Source: a virus
Length of the DNA: 64,000 nt
Strand: one strand, 5' to 3'
Virus record (IMG/VR): IMGVR_UViG_3300045973_000434
Span: 1 to 64,000 of that record
Below are positions 47,101-58,400 of the stretch, in pieces. The translations under genes were made by a program, and so were the position numbers. The notes beneath the pieces are model-generated. The model worked only from the letters and a program-made list of their open reading frames with translations, was not told where the DNA came from and did no database searches. How positions within the stretch are numbered: position 1 is the first letter of the stretch; each line of letters opens with the position of its first letter.

Positions 47101-48023
47101 AATTAGTACTTGGTACAGGTGGTGTATTAGACAGATATGATTATATATCTCAAAGAGTAGGTTGTAAAGATAAGTTTACTGTAGTTAGTTCTATTGTTGG
47201 TGTGTATTGGTTTGATAGGTTATCTAAGTCTTTATATAAACATGGTAATAATCTATCTAACTTAACTAAGACAAAGTATATACAGTCTTATATGACTACT
47301 ACATTAGATAATGAATATGTAGCTATAGCTCATTCAGATACTAGTAATGATGAAATATTATTCACTTTCTTTAAGGAAAATGAAACAAATGGCTTCACTA
47401 TTTCGTTTAATGAACCAATAGATGCCTTTGTGTCATTCTATGGTTTTGTTCCTACAATCTACATACCTTATCAACATCATTACTTGACAACAACAAATAG
47501 TTACTACAGCGATAGTGATGTAAATAGAAACTACCTATTCCTACATGATAGCAATCTAGGGGATAGGTGTTATTTTTATGCACTGGCTGACGGACAAGCT
47601 ACAAAGTATGTTGATTCTACTTTAGAACTTTTGTTTAATTCTGAGTATGAGTATGTAAAGGTGTTTGATAGTATTTTCTATACTTCTAATGCTTTCTCAA
47701 ATCAAGCTGAGATATATTCAAATACTTTTAAAACAGTACAGTGTTATAATGATTTTCAAAACACCGGTGAAGTTGATTTAATACATAAACGTAATATAGA
47801 ACGTAGGGAAAGAGAATGGACGTTTAATGTACCTAGGAATATAGTTAATTCTAGTGTAAGTAATAATCCAAACATATTCCTTGATGTAGATAAGACTCAA
47901 TTATTCAAGGAACGAATGAGAGACAGATACTTAATTGTATATTTAACATATCATAACGATGGTTCATACGATAGGTTTATTGTTTCTAACATAGGTTTAA
48001 AATATAGGGCTAGCATAAGATAA
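44190..48023 (+). CDS. large tail structural protein (1277 aa)
   Basis: Long ORF with beta-rich composition in the tail block just upstream of the ejection-protein candidates, which is where crAss-like phages encode large tail-barrel/muzzle-type proteins. Confidence 0.6.
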   Translation: MTKAVINSFTDAMNKDIDKALMSNKAYLDAQNFRMVTTKGKSTGALETIKGNKLINVNTIVAGQFIIGSCEVRDTLVLFTTNNTSTTPNGGRSMIYSMKVNLETEVGTTPVVLYDDQNNNNSGYLNFSVAHPIKTIGKYETPNIQKVYWTDGYNNLRYVDIAKKLTITGLPYTTDDYMSVLKFEFLPEFASSKPVLVDIVSGSLRSGMVQYAYQLYRLNGAETAISPVSDLIHIVSDNDFATTTLNYKGDSESKETGKGCKLLINNSNGGYNRIRLIRVHYPTLNSIPTISICNESEISTAAGSVYITDTGNVLGDLTIDEFNIASTELFKCQDIASKDNRLFAANITKSEFTIGNTWDARAVRFRSLDNTAYVFDTPYSATGQVVINNTLSNWISSYDLDHNGINGFNDPDNDDNANYQFKYQANGSTVGAEGLNVKIDFETEAVLLDNSNSYTTFSTTSTASSYTNFASPWRDGSLSWQRDEVYRLFVVWQNAIGQTSEPQWIIDLRMPSLHDADFTNSSSANVQPSILGDLVTLSNEVYISVLRPRIYFKSKPTGAVSCQIYRVKRDRSDRSVITQGLVVPTKANGGRLYPDQADVVIPSSDSINLIKLVSPEINITRNVSKRNNDYIEFATYFATGLLTNDSVGPLGAYHRRIDKLVENTRVPYTGNVKSNITEILSVSPATEDSATSGVTIDSKSYCNFNQDGSHTYSKGCSGMLISYSNNNWFGEGNPFVIVNYRSNIANSQYGGSTYEDRSINVSIPCSDVITNINTWYSIKGGDTFINYFDVSTLLVDLSRTQLSSSVSETVFVPLESSINCDLRHDTSNAHASYAISVAVMRQEYLGTHQVVFDTNPGTLTMTYEQDKDLYLYNTVYSQETMVQNAIAFGIDTVLETEFDTMIKVSAIKTNGEMSDSWSKFGINDFLEVDSTYGPINALHLFNNSLYYWQDRAVGIASVNERSLINDKSSAQLVLGTGGVLDRYDYISQRVGCKDKFTVVSSIVGVYWFDRLSKSLYKHGNNLSNLTKTKYIQSYMTTTLDNEYVAIAHSDTSNDEILFTFFKENETNGFTISFNEPIDAFVSFYGFVPTIYIPYQHHYLTTTNSYYSDSDVNRNYLFLHDSNLGDRCYFYALADGQATKYVDSTLELLFNSEYEYVKVFDSIFYTSNAFSNQAEIYSNTFKTVQCYNDFQNTGEVDLIHKRNIERREREWTFNVPRNIVNSSVSNNPNIFLDVDKTQLFKERMRDRYLIVYLTYHNDGSYDRFIVSNIGLKYRASIR

Positions 48024-48643
48024 TGGCAATTAAGATTAAAAAAGGAAACGTTGGTAAGTTTACAGCTTACAAGAAACGCACAGGTAATACTACATCACAA
48101 GCACTTCATTCGAAGAATGCTCATGTTAGGAAGATGGCTAACTTTGCACGTAATGCAAAGAAGTGGAAACATGAAGATGGTGGTTTAGTACAATATGAAC
48201 TAGGTGGTACACTATCATCATTAGGTTCTGTAGCAAGTACAATACCAACACCATGGACACAAATAGGCGGGGCTGCTTTATCTATGATAGGTGGCATAGT
48301 TGCGGGTAACGAACAAAAGAAAGCTGCTGCTGAACAACTTAGGCAACAGAGTGTACAACAAGCCGGTTTAGCGCAAGCTAACGTTATAAATCCATTTACT
48401 CCTACTTTTGCAAATGGTGGTGTGATACCAGGTATGATGCCAAACGTAGAAGTTGAAGGTGGTGAAGTATTACAAGGTACAGATGGTACTTTAGCTTCGG
48501 TTAAAGGACCTAAACATTCAAAAGGTGGTGTAGACTTGTTTATGGAGAATGGTGGTAGAGTATTTAGTGATAAGATAATAAATCCAGAAACTGGTAGGAC
48601 ATTTGCAGAAGATGCAGAACGATTAATGAAACAAACAAAGTAA
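48023..48643 (+). CDS. virion/ejection protein candidate (206 aa)
   Basis: ATG ORF with a TAATG junction, a basic N-terminus and a Gly-rich body. Confidence 0.5.
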   Translation: MAIKIKKGNVGKFTAYKKRTGNTTSQALHSKNAHVRKMANFARNAKKWKHEDGGLVQYELGGTLSSLGSVASTIPTPWTQIGGAALSMIGGIVAGNEQKKAAAEQLRQQSVQQAGLAQANVINPFTPTFANGGVIPGMMPNVEVEGGEVLQGTDGTLASVKGPKHSKGGVDLFMENGGRVFSDKIINPETGRTFAEDAERLMKQTK

Positions 48644-50037
48644 TGGCAACATTAATAGAAAAAAATACAAAGAAATTAGTTGAGCACAAATTAAACATGT
48701 TGTTTGCTAAACAGCAGCAACTTAATAATAATGCAGGTGGTCAACAGAAAATGGAAGGTGGGGGTACCAGTAGGATTAATGGTAGACCTGGTACTTATAA
48801 TAGTCAGGGGATTCCACTTGAATTACCTAACGTTGGTGTTACTGGTTATCGTAATAGGTTTCCACAATATACCGGTATGGGTATAGATTTTATGAGAAAT
48901 AATTATAACTCAAATATTAATCCAGCTTTACTAGGTAATGTAAATATAACAGGTACTAATAATAGAACGGCTGATCCAAACGCTCAGAATATACATAGTG
49001 CAGGCGAAGCTCAAGTAGTTGGTAAACAACCATCTCCTAGTGATTTTTGGGATAACACTGGATTAAATCCATATAATTTTTATAATAACAAACAAGCTTC
49101 TAGTTCTGCACCAGTTAATATGGCAACAGATCCTAGGTTTGGTACTAATTTTAGTAATGTACCAGAAGCTACTTCTAATGCTAAATTATTAAAACAACCT
49201 AGCGATCCTTCGTTAATTCCAAATGCACCCGGTATACAAGATTTAGGTTTTGATCCAGCTATGAATATGGCTACTGATCCTCAATTTGGTAGTTTTGAAC
49301 AGTCGTTAGAAGCATATTCTCCTGCTGTTCCATCATTATCAAGTTTGAATAACACTTCACCGAACTCAAAACTAGGCACTAATGGCTTAGCTAAAGCACC
49401 TACTCCTGGAGGTTCGTCTGGTCCTAACTGGGGTAAGGTTGGTACATTTGCAGCTCAGATGGCACCGATGCTTTATAATTTAGGTAAAGGTTTACAGAAA
49501 CCAGATAAGGTAAAACCAAATTATAATCCATACGAAAGTAAGGTTAGGTCATTGATGGCTAATCGTAGATTTAATATCGATCCATTGCTTAATGCTAATC
49601 TAAATGCACAAGCAGTTTCTAATAGAAACATACGTAACACTGCTAATAGTAGGGGAGAATTAATGGGTAACTTAGGTGCTGCACAGAACTATAGAATGGC
49701 AGGCGATGCTGCTGCTTGGTCACAGAAGAATAACATGGACAATCAGTACATGGCTGAACAGGCTCAGATGGATGCTAACTTAGGTGGTAATAGAGCGCAG
49801 ATGGATTGGAATACTCAAACAGCTAATGCACAGAACAAAGCTGCTACTAATCAATTCTTAGGTCAATCTATGAATGACTTTAGTAAGTTTTCACAGATGC
49901 AACAGTTAATGGGCAATCAGAAAAACAGAGATGCACAACTTGCAAGTTTGTATCCAGACATGTACTCACAAATATATCAATTCCAACCTGCAATGCAAGC
50001 AATAATTAAAGCTGCAGGGAATATGAAAGGTATTTAA
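48643..50037 (+). CDS. Asn/Gln/Pro/Gly-rich low-complexity virion protein candidate (464 aa)
   Basis: ATG ORF with a TAATG junction. MATDP(R/Q)FG occurs twice. Confidence 0.5.
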   Translation: MATLIEKNTKKLVEHKLNMLFAKQQQLNNNAGGQQKMEGGGTSRINGRPGTYNSQGIPLELPNVGVTGYRNRFPQYTGMGIDFMRNNYNSNINPALLGNVNITGTNNRTADPNAQNIHSAGEAQVVGKQPSPSDFWDNTGLNPYNFYNNKQASSSAPVNMATDPRFGTNFSNVPEATSNAKLLKQPSDPSLIPNAPGIQDLGFDPAMNMATDPQFGSFEQSLEAYSPAVPSLSSLNNTSPNSKLGTNGLAKAPTPGGSSGPNWGKVGTFAAQMAPMLYNLGKGLQKPDKVKPNYNPYESKVRSLMANRRFNIDPLLNANLNAQAVSNRNIRNTANSRGELMGNLGAAQNYRMAGDAAAWSQKNNMDNQYMAEQAQMDANLGGNRAQMDWNTQTANAQNKAATNQFLGQSMNDFSKFSQMQQLMGNQKNRDAQLASLYPDMYSQIYQFQPAMQAIIKAAGNMKGI

Positions 50038-50042
50038 TAATT

Positions 50043-52391
50043 ATGGCAAATAGATTTGAACAACCAATAGAGTCCCAGTTTATAAACACCTACGTTCCAA
50101 TTCCTTTCGAGGAAATGATGAAGGCTGGGCAAATGAAACAAAGTAAATATGATCAGACTGCTGCTGCTATAGATAGCAATATCCAAAGAGCAGAAAGTAT
50201 TGATGCTATACCAAACTCACCTGACGATGCTTATAAAAAGCAAGTAGTACAGAAAATGTATGATATTCGTGATCAGTATGTTGGTAAAGACTTATCTGAT
50301 CCTTTTGTTTATAGGCAAATGAACAATGATATAAACAAAGGAATAGATAAAGACTGGGTACAGAAAATGCAACAGAGTAAGATGGCTTGGGATGAAACTC
50401 AAAAAGCTAAACGTACTCTTGATATGCAAGGTAAGTGGAATTCGTCTTTAGATAGTGATCCAGGTAATAAATGGAATTCAAAAGATGCAGGTGTGTATAA
50501 TCATACTCCACATGCATTTGAAGATAAAGCTAGTTTATTTAGACCTTACTATCAAGATTTGAAACCTGAAAGTCAAGGTATTATAGATGTTAATGGTTAT
50601 GCTGTACAACGTGATGCTATTACTTCTGGTAAAGTATCTGCTGTAGCTAAACAAGGCGCACAAGAATTAGCATCTACTCCTCAAGGACAAGATCATATTA
50701 ACTTATATAAACAAGCACATAAAGATACAAAACTTACAGATGTTGAAATACTTCAACAGGAGATGAATGATTATGGTAAGAACTGGGTTATGTCTAATGA
50801 TCAAGTATTAGGCGCTTCTTTACAAAAAGGTAGGAAAGGTGGTAATTCAGATAATGGTGCAATAGATAGTGAATGGTTTGTTGCTAAAGGAGCAGTTCCT
50901 GTAAGTGGTCAAAATACAGATCGTAAAGCACTTGCTGCAGTAGATAAGGAAAATGAAGTTAATAAGGCTTCTTTAAACGGGGTGGATGCAACTTTAAAAG
51001 AACTAGAAAATAAAAAAGTACCAACTACTGATATACGATATAAAACAGCACTGCAACAAAAAGAAAAATTAACAAATGATATAAGTAAGTACGAAGAAAG
51101 TATGGCTCAAGTAAATCAAAATACTGAAATAGCCATGCAGAAAAAGATAGAAGAACTTAAAACTAACATGGTTCCAACTTTAGCAAAAGCATTAGGAATG
51201 GATGAAAACGATCCTACTATAAGAACTCTTTTAGATGAACATTTAAACAAACAATTTGGAAAAGGTTTTAGAGAACTTGGAGATCTTACTGGATCTACTG
51301 TTACTAAAGGATTAGCTAATAGTGCTTCAATGATACCTGGGATTGCAGGAATGATTATCAATAAAGCACATAGATTTAAAAATATGCTTGGTATAATGTC
51401 TGATAAAGATAACCAAAGATTATTAGATTCTGTTGATAAAGCAATAACAGATACTGGAATAACTGAAAACTCTGGTTTTGCAGAAAGAACTAGTGCTGGT
51501 TGGAAAGCTTTACATAACTATGTAAAAGATTCTAGAGTTGGTTGGGGAAGTTCTGTAAAGAAAAGTATAACAGATAATAGTTTTCTAGTTAAAATGCGTG
51601 ATTTTGATAAACAAATAAACACATTAGAGAATAATAGAGATCAAGTTAGAAACGAAGAAAAAGCTGCTATATTTAATTATAATGTTTCTGATATGATGGT
51701 TAAACCATTAAACTATACTACTAAGCAAGGTAGAGTATCAATAATAGCAGAAGATGGTACTGAATATGATTCTCAGATAAATGATTTTTATACAGCTCTT
51801 AAAATTAATCCTAGTTCGTTTGATATAGCAGATGTGTCAGAAGGTAATAAATTAACAACAGGTACAAAGAAATTTAACCAAGAGGTTCAAGGTATTATGG
51901 CTTCATATGAACCACTACCAGGTATGATAATACCTAAAATAGATAAAGATGGTAATATGAAAGTATTAGTTTCTTATCAAGTAGATGGTAAAAATAACAC
52001 TAAAGCTGGTATAAAGAAGTTTGAGGTTAAAGTAAAAGATGATCATATAATAAATGCTTTTGCAAATGATTATAAAGCATCAGGGTATACAAACTCTTAT
52101 TTACGTTTAGTTAATAGAAAACTACATCAAGACGTTGAAACATACGCAAATTCTAAACAAGAACATGATTACCCAATTATGGTTCCTAATAAAAAAGGTG
52201 GTGTAGATGAAGCTAGTATTACAGGTAAAAGAATAGGTTCAGAATATGTAGCAATTGATCCAGATACAAATAATGTATTAACAGAAAGATCTTCCGATGG
52301 AACAACAAGAGAAGTGAGATTTAACACAAAAGAAGAATTTGAAAATTGGTTATATGCCAAACAGCATTTTCTTCTCACAGGAAAAAATTAA
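50043..52391 (+). CDS. virion/ejection protein candidate (782 aa)
   Basis: ATG ORF, charged and helical, directly upstream of the giant ORF and in the same frame. Confidence 0.55.
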   Translation: MANRFEQPIESQFINTYVPIPFEEMMKAGQMKQSKYDQTAAAIDSNIQRAESIDAIPNSPDDAYKKQVVQKMYDIRDQYVGKDLSDPFVYRQMNNDINKGIDKDWVQKMQQSKMAWDETQKAKRTLDMQGKWNSSLDSDPGNKWNSKDAGVYNHTPHAFEDKASLFRPYYQDLKPESQGIIDVNGYAVQRDAITSGKVSAVAKQGAQELASTPQGQDHINLYKQAHKDTKLTDVEILQQEMNDYGKNWVMSNDQVLGASLQKGRKGGNSDNGAIDSEWFVAKGAVPVSGQNTDRKALAAVDKENEVNKASLNGVDATLKELENKKVPTTDIRYKTALQQKEKLTNDISKYEESMAQVNQNTEIAMQKKIEELKTNMVPTLAKALGMDENDPTIRTLLDEHLNKQFGKGFRELGDLTGSTVTKGLANSASMIPGIAGMIINKAHRFKNMLGIMSDKDNQRLLDSVDKAITDTGITENSGFAERTSAGWKALHNYVKDSRVGWGSSVKKSITDNSFLVKMRDFDKQINTLENNRDQVRNEEKAAIFNYNVSDMMVKPLNYTTKQGRVSIIAEDGTEYDSQINDFYTALKINPSSFDIADVSEGNKLTTGTKKFNQEVQGIMASYEPLPGMIIPKIDKDGNMKVLVSYQVDGKNNTKAGIKKFEVKVKDDHIINAFANDYKASGYTNSYLRLVNRKLHQDVETYANSKQEHDYPIMVPNKKGGVDEASITGKRIGSEYVAIDPDTNNVLTERSSDGTTREVRFNTKEEFENWLYAKQHFLLTGKN

Positions 52392-52412
52392 TTAGTTTAT
52401 TTAACATACTTT

Positions 52413-55400
52413 ATGTTTGAACAAAACATGGATGGTGTTACTCCAGTTAGGAGATTGACATCACAAGACATAAGTAGCCCTTTAGGTGCTACAGAAACAG
52501 TAAGTCCAGAAACTGGATTAACAGGGGATAGCAAATCAGCAAGAAGACTAAGTAGTAAAGAACTTAGTGAAGGATTCATGAGTGATACTGGTGGCATATC
52601 CCCTATTATTTCTAATACCCCTGGTGGTATTAAGAGTACTGAAAAAATTATTGGTGAAGGTGAATATCATCCTGAATTAGGAACTGTTTATAATCAACAG
52701 TTATTACACGAACGACAGACTGCAACAGGTCAGTTTGCAAATGCTTTAATACAAGCTGGTGCTCAAATAGTTGGGCAAAGTATACAAGGTGCAGCTTATA
52801 TAGCTGATATTGACTCTGGTGCTAGATTATCAAATGATGCTGAGGCAGATTTTGGTAATGCGGTTGCTGATTTTGGTTCCAAGATAATTCAAGGAGCTGA
52901 AGAGTTAGCACCTATATATGTTGACCCATATAAGGAAGGTAAATTCGATCCAGGATCATGGTCTTGGTGGATGAAAAATCTACCATCTGCTGCATCTAGT
53001 GTTGCACTTATGATACCTGCTTTGGGTGCTACATCATTAGTGGAGATGTTACCTGGGGTATCTAAATTACTTGCTGGTTTAAGTCAAGAAGGAGTTGTTG
53101 CTGCAAGAGGCTTTACACAAGCTATATTCTCTAGAAAAGCAGAGAGTATGATGGAAGCAGAAGGTGTTTATAAAGAAAATTATCAGAGAGGTAGACAATC
53201 TGGTTTATCAGAAATTGATGCAAGAAAAGCAGCATCATTAGCTGCATCAAACACATATAATAAAAACTGGGCATTATTAGTTCAAGATATACCTCAGTAT
53301 ATGTTGTTAAATAAATTAGGGGCTTTAGCTAAAGGTGGTAAAGCAGGTGAAAAGATAGCTGCCGAAGAAATGCATCCTAAGATTGCAAACTGGATGGGTA
53401 AAGGACAACTTGAAACTACATTAGGTAAAGTTGGTGCAATTGCTACAGATATGGCTGGTGAAGCTGGTGAAGAGATTTATCAGTACTTACTTAATGAACA
53501 GTCTAATACAATGGCTGCACATCAAGCTGATCCTGATAAGAATAAAACAAGTAGTCTATTACAAACATTAAAAGATCATTATGATGACGGTGATCTTTGG
53601 ACCTCTGGTTTTTGGGGAGCTGCTGGTGCTGGTATAATGCAAGCTGGGTTTGCTGGAATGAATCATAAAGCTTTACAAAAAGCTGCTAATGAGCAGTTAG
53701 ATACTGTTACTAAATTTAGCACAGGTTTAAATCAGGCTAATAAAGAATATGCAGCTGCTCTTGCAGAAGGTGATCCTATTAAAGCCGAACAAGCTTTTCC
53801 ATCTCTTATATTCAATACAACATTAAGAAGTCATTTAAACGGTTCTCTTAAGTATACAAGAGAGATGCTTAATGAACTATCTAAAGGAACTTCTCCAGAA
53901 CTATATGCTAAATGGGGTATTGATCCAGAAACACAAGGTAGATTAAAAGACGATCCTGATTTCTTTAAAAAGATTAAAGATGGTATGGATAGGGTTGTAG
54001 AACTCTACGACAGGTATGGTAAAGAGAATAGAAGTAATAAAAATATTAAGGATAAAGATAAAGAGCCTAATGCTCAGATAATGGCTAATACTCAATTCTT
54101 AATGGAGAACACTGAAAAGAGTATTCCTACTATTGAGAAGAGAAGAGACGAGGCTTGGGGTAAAATAGAGAAGGTTGAAGAGTTATCTGCTCCTAAGCAA
54201 GCTATCTTAGGTCTTGAAGCTAGGAACCGTGCATCACAGAAGTTGTTAGATCATTTTGATAAGACTTTGAAAGAGCGTGGTGATAAGATGGGTGAAGTTG
54301 AAAAGAAAGAATTAGAACTTGCTATTGAAGAAACAAAACTTGATATAGTAAAGACTAATAGTAATGACGATCCTACTAAACCTGGTATTAAACAATATCA
54401 AGCTGAATTAAGAAAGATACATAAAGATGATTTTGAACAAGCTGATAAAGATAATACACCATTACCTGAAGATCAAATAGATGCTTTTAGAAAAGAAGTT
54501 GGTAGGTTAAAAGCTGCTAATGAATCTATGAAACAGTTAACCGCACGTATGAAAAAACTACGTGAAGGTAAATCTGTATTAGATCTTCAGAAAGAAGAAG
54601 TAATGGATCAGTTGGGTATCAAACCTGACGAACGGGATGAAGACGCAATACAACCTGATGATACTGTACAGTTCAAAGATGAAACTGGTGCAGACCAATA
54701 TGGTAAAGTGGTTGGTGTAGAAGAAGCTTTAGATGAAAATGATACATCAGATCCTAAATACGTAGTTCAACCAGTTGATCCTAAAACACATGAACCAGTT
54801 GGGGAACCGGTGGTTAAAGGTGCTTTAGATTTATTCTTAGATGAGAAAGTAGATGATAGGATTAATGAAGAGATTGCTCCTGATGGTTTAACTGATGTAG
54901 AACAAGTTCAGTTAGATGGCATAACAGAAGAAGAGTCTTTAATAGAGTCTGGTCAAAAAGTAATGCAAGGAGTATCTAAACTATCTTATTCTGATTTTGA
55001 TTCTAAAACCGGTATATATAATAATAGAAACTCTGAGTTCTCTAAAGTTATAAGTGATCCTAATACTAGTTTCACTGGTTCAAAAGCTTATTTCTTTTTA
55101 AGCGATGCTGTAAAGTTACAACCATTCGTTGACAAATATGCAACAGCAAAACAGAAACCAATCTTTAAAAAGTTCTTAGATGGTAAGAAGTTAACTGATC
55201 CTGAAATTGATATCTTAGTTGAGGCAATATCTGGTGATAAGTTTAATGACTTAGTTGATATGTTACCAATATCTGTAAGAGCTACAATAGCTGGTAAAAC
55301 ATTTGAAGAAGGTTTATATTTACATAGTTCTGGTTTTAAATACATTGCTATACCTAAATCAATTCGTAGAGGTAAGAAAGCGGCCATTGATGCATATCGT

Positions 55401-58400
55401 GCAAAGGAGTATTTGAAGTCTAGGGAGAATAGGGCAGTCCTACTTAAGAAGTTATTCAAAAGAGAAGAGATATACTCTATAGGTTTAAATAGGAGTAGAG
55501 GTGTTCCTAATGTTGCTAATAAAACATTACCTGCAAAGGAAAGAAATAGAAAGTTAACTGCAGCACTTGGCAAAGAAGCTAGTAAACTTAAGCTAGCAAT
55601 AACTGTATCAGATGAGGTTAGTCCTGACAAAGCTTCATTGCGTGATGCTAAGGATAATGTAATACCTGGTACTGAAAGAATAATGAATAACCCTGGTAAT
55701 GTATTTGCTATGGTTATTAATGAGACTATGGATGGTAGTGCATATCCACTTAAACTTAATCGACCTTTCATAAGTAGAGAGCATGCTGAGATATTATTTG
55801 ATGCTTTTGTAATTGTTGGTAGAGCTAAGATTGCTAAACGTAAGAATGGCAAACCGGTAAATGCTTACAATGTAAAGTTTACTGCTGAGGATGATAGAGT
55901 TAAAGGTTTATCTGCTGGTGAAGTTATAGACTTACTTGTTAACAACGGTAGGGAGATGACTGAGCCAAACACCGGTCGTTTTAAGAAACGTAACATCAAA
56001 CCAGGTCAAGCAGAGATAATGGCTAGCAAGCGATTATACGTTGGTATATCTGGTAAACGTGTTGTATTGGTATATGGTAATGATCCTAAAACCGGTGCAG
56101 CAAATACTATAGACTTAACAAGCAGTGCTGACATACATCAAAATAAAGAAGCATTTTTACAGTGGCTTACTACTAATAAAAGGTATGCGATCTACTTGAG
56201 TAGTAAGAAATTAAAACTGTCCTTAAATGGTGATTTCTTAAATAAGAAAACATTTACTATAGGTAAGACCAATACTATTTCAAGGAAAGGTACTGATTCA
56301 TATAGTAAGTTTATTATAGACAATCAGTTAGTTGAAACTGATATAGTTAGGGATGATAATGGTAAATTGTTTCATGATCCTGTTATAAATTTAAATATAA
56401 CAGATAGGTATGGTAAGGTTACAGACCAAACTATTAAAACAAAAGCACAATCTAAGTATACTCCTAAGACTCATAAAGTTGTAAGGGAGAAGCCAACGGT
56501 ACAAGATGTTCCTGTAACTAAACCTGAGATAACTATAGATGATGTAGAGGACGCAAGGGCGTTCAATTCTACTCAGACTGTTGAACAGATTGAAGAAGAG
56601 AAACATGGTCAAGATGTTCCTGTAGAAGAAGAAACTGCTTACAAAAATAAGTTTTCTACTTCTAAAGAAAGAGCTGTTTATCATGGTGGTTCAGAGTATG
56701 CTGCACCTGAAGCTAAACAAGTGTTTATAGACTTATCAAATATAATAGAGACTGCTATAAACGCTAAGAAAACGTTTGATGAAACCTCTGCTGAAGTTAA
56801 AAAGTTCTTGTACACAGAACAACTTAAAGTAGGTTCAAAAGGGTCTTTAGCTAATAAGATATTATTTGAGTACCTTAAAGATAGGTTTGCTGGTAAGACA
56901 CAACGTTCTTTATTAGAAGAATATAAATATGGTATATCAAAACAAGATACTTCTAGTGCTACTAAAACTACACCAGCTATTAATTCTAATGATGAAATAG
57001 GTGAAGTAGAAGAAGATAATGAAATAGTAAAAGCAGAAGAAACTGCTCCTATTTTAGAAGGGGGTAATCAAGAAGAAGAACCTACTGAAATACCAAAGGT
57101 AAGAAGTCTCAATGATATAATGGGGAATTTTACTAAGAAGAGTGGTAATAAGCTAAGCAAAGTTGCTAATTCTGAAAATGGTTATGAGATTGCTGATGTA
57201 CATAAAGACATACAGTGGGCATATGATACAGTTGGTATATCAAAAGAAGATTGGGTTATAAAGAATAAGTTTGCAGATCTACTATATAAAGGTAGACGTA
57301 ATTTTGCTTTGTATAGTCAATCGGCTATATTAATACTAGAACAAGCTGAGGTAGGTACAGTGTTTCACGAAGCTTTTCATAGAGTTAGTTTAGGTTATTT
57401 CACTAAAGCAGAACGTAGTAAGTTATATAGGGCTGCAAGACAGATATATAAACTTGGCGTAGATACTCATACTGATAAGCAGGTAGAAGAGTTTTTAGCT
57501 GAGAAATTTGAAAATTATGTATTAACCAATGGTACTAGAAAAGTACCTGGTGCTATAGAAAGATTCTTTCAACCATTATTAAACTTCATAAAGAAGATAT
57601 TTGGTGGTACAAAGTTAGATGAGAATGAAGTAGAGCAGTTATTCAGACAGATTAACGAAGGTAAATTTAAACGTAATAAAGTATTAGCTGAGAATAGAGA
57701 CTTACTTGAACAAGGTGAGTATGCTAAGACTATGATTTCTGGTACTACTTTTGATAACTTAAATACTAGAGAAGATGTGAAAGACTTGATCAAAGGTCTT
57801 ACTGAAAAACTATTTGATGTTAGTAACGTAGCTGATATAAATAGGATCAGTAGGCTTAATCATGGTTTATTAGTATCTTCTATAGAAGAATTGATATCCA
57901 ATCTTACCGATCATATAAATGAGGAAGGTGTTGCTGAAGATGAGGTGATACAAACTACACATCTTAGGGATATGTTCTCAGAGGTTCTAGGTGTTAAAGA
58001 TCCTGAAACTGGTTTATATGATACTTATTCTAGGTTGATTAGACCTCAAATAGATTCCTTTATGTTATCTATGGGTATCAAACAAACAGGTATAAAAGAA
58101 GCTTCTGATGACTATCTAATGGACGAAGAAGGAGACGAAGGTGCTGCTACTGAAAAACAATTTGGTGAGAATGTTGGTAAAATAGGTGGTGATTATTTCA
58201 AAGCTTCTTATGAACGTAATAAGAAAGAAACAGCTCTTGCAAATATAAAGTTTATGATAGCTACCTTACATGAAGTTAGTTATGTAGATCAAGAAACAGG
58301 TGAAAGAGAATTTGAACGTAATCCATTAACACGCATGGGTAAGTTTGTAGATTTTGGTACTGCTTGGTCTAAGATATTCAATTCATTATACTGGATTAAT

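Noticed and set aside
52389-52415. The 782-aa ORF and the giant ORF are in the same reading frame, separated only by a TAA plus seven sense codons, which could allow a readthrough fusion.
   Set aside because: Sharing a frame has a 1-in-3 chance. TAA is the least leaky stop, a good ATG follows, and I found no readthrough-promoting context. It is worth a glance in proteomics data but is not supported by the sequence.
55088-55852. A 254-aa minus-strand ORF, plus other minus-strand ORFs at 52397-52597, 56391-56684, 57569-57793, 62055-62273 and 62879-63151.
   Set aside because: They lie antisense to the giant ORF and have Leu/Ser/Ile-rich low-complexity composition, as expected from reading the complement of an AT-rich, Lys/Glu/Asp-rich gene. 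They have no independent start context.
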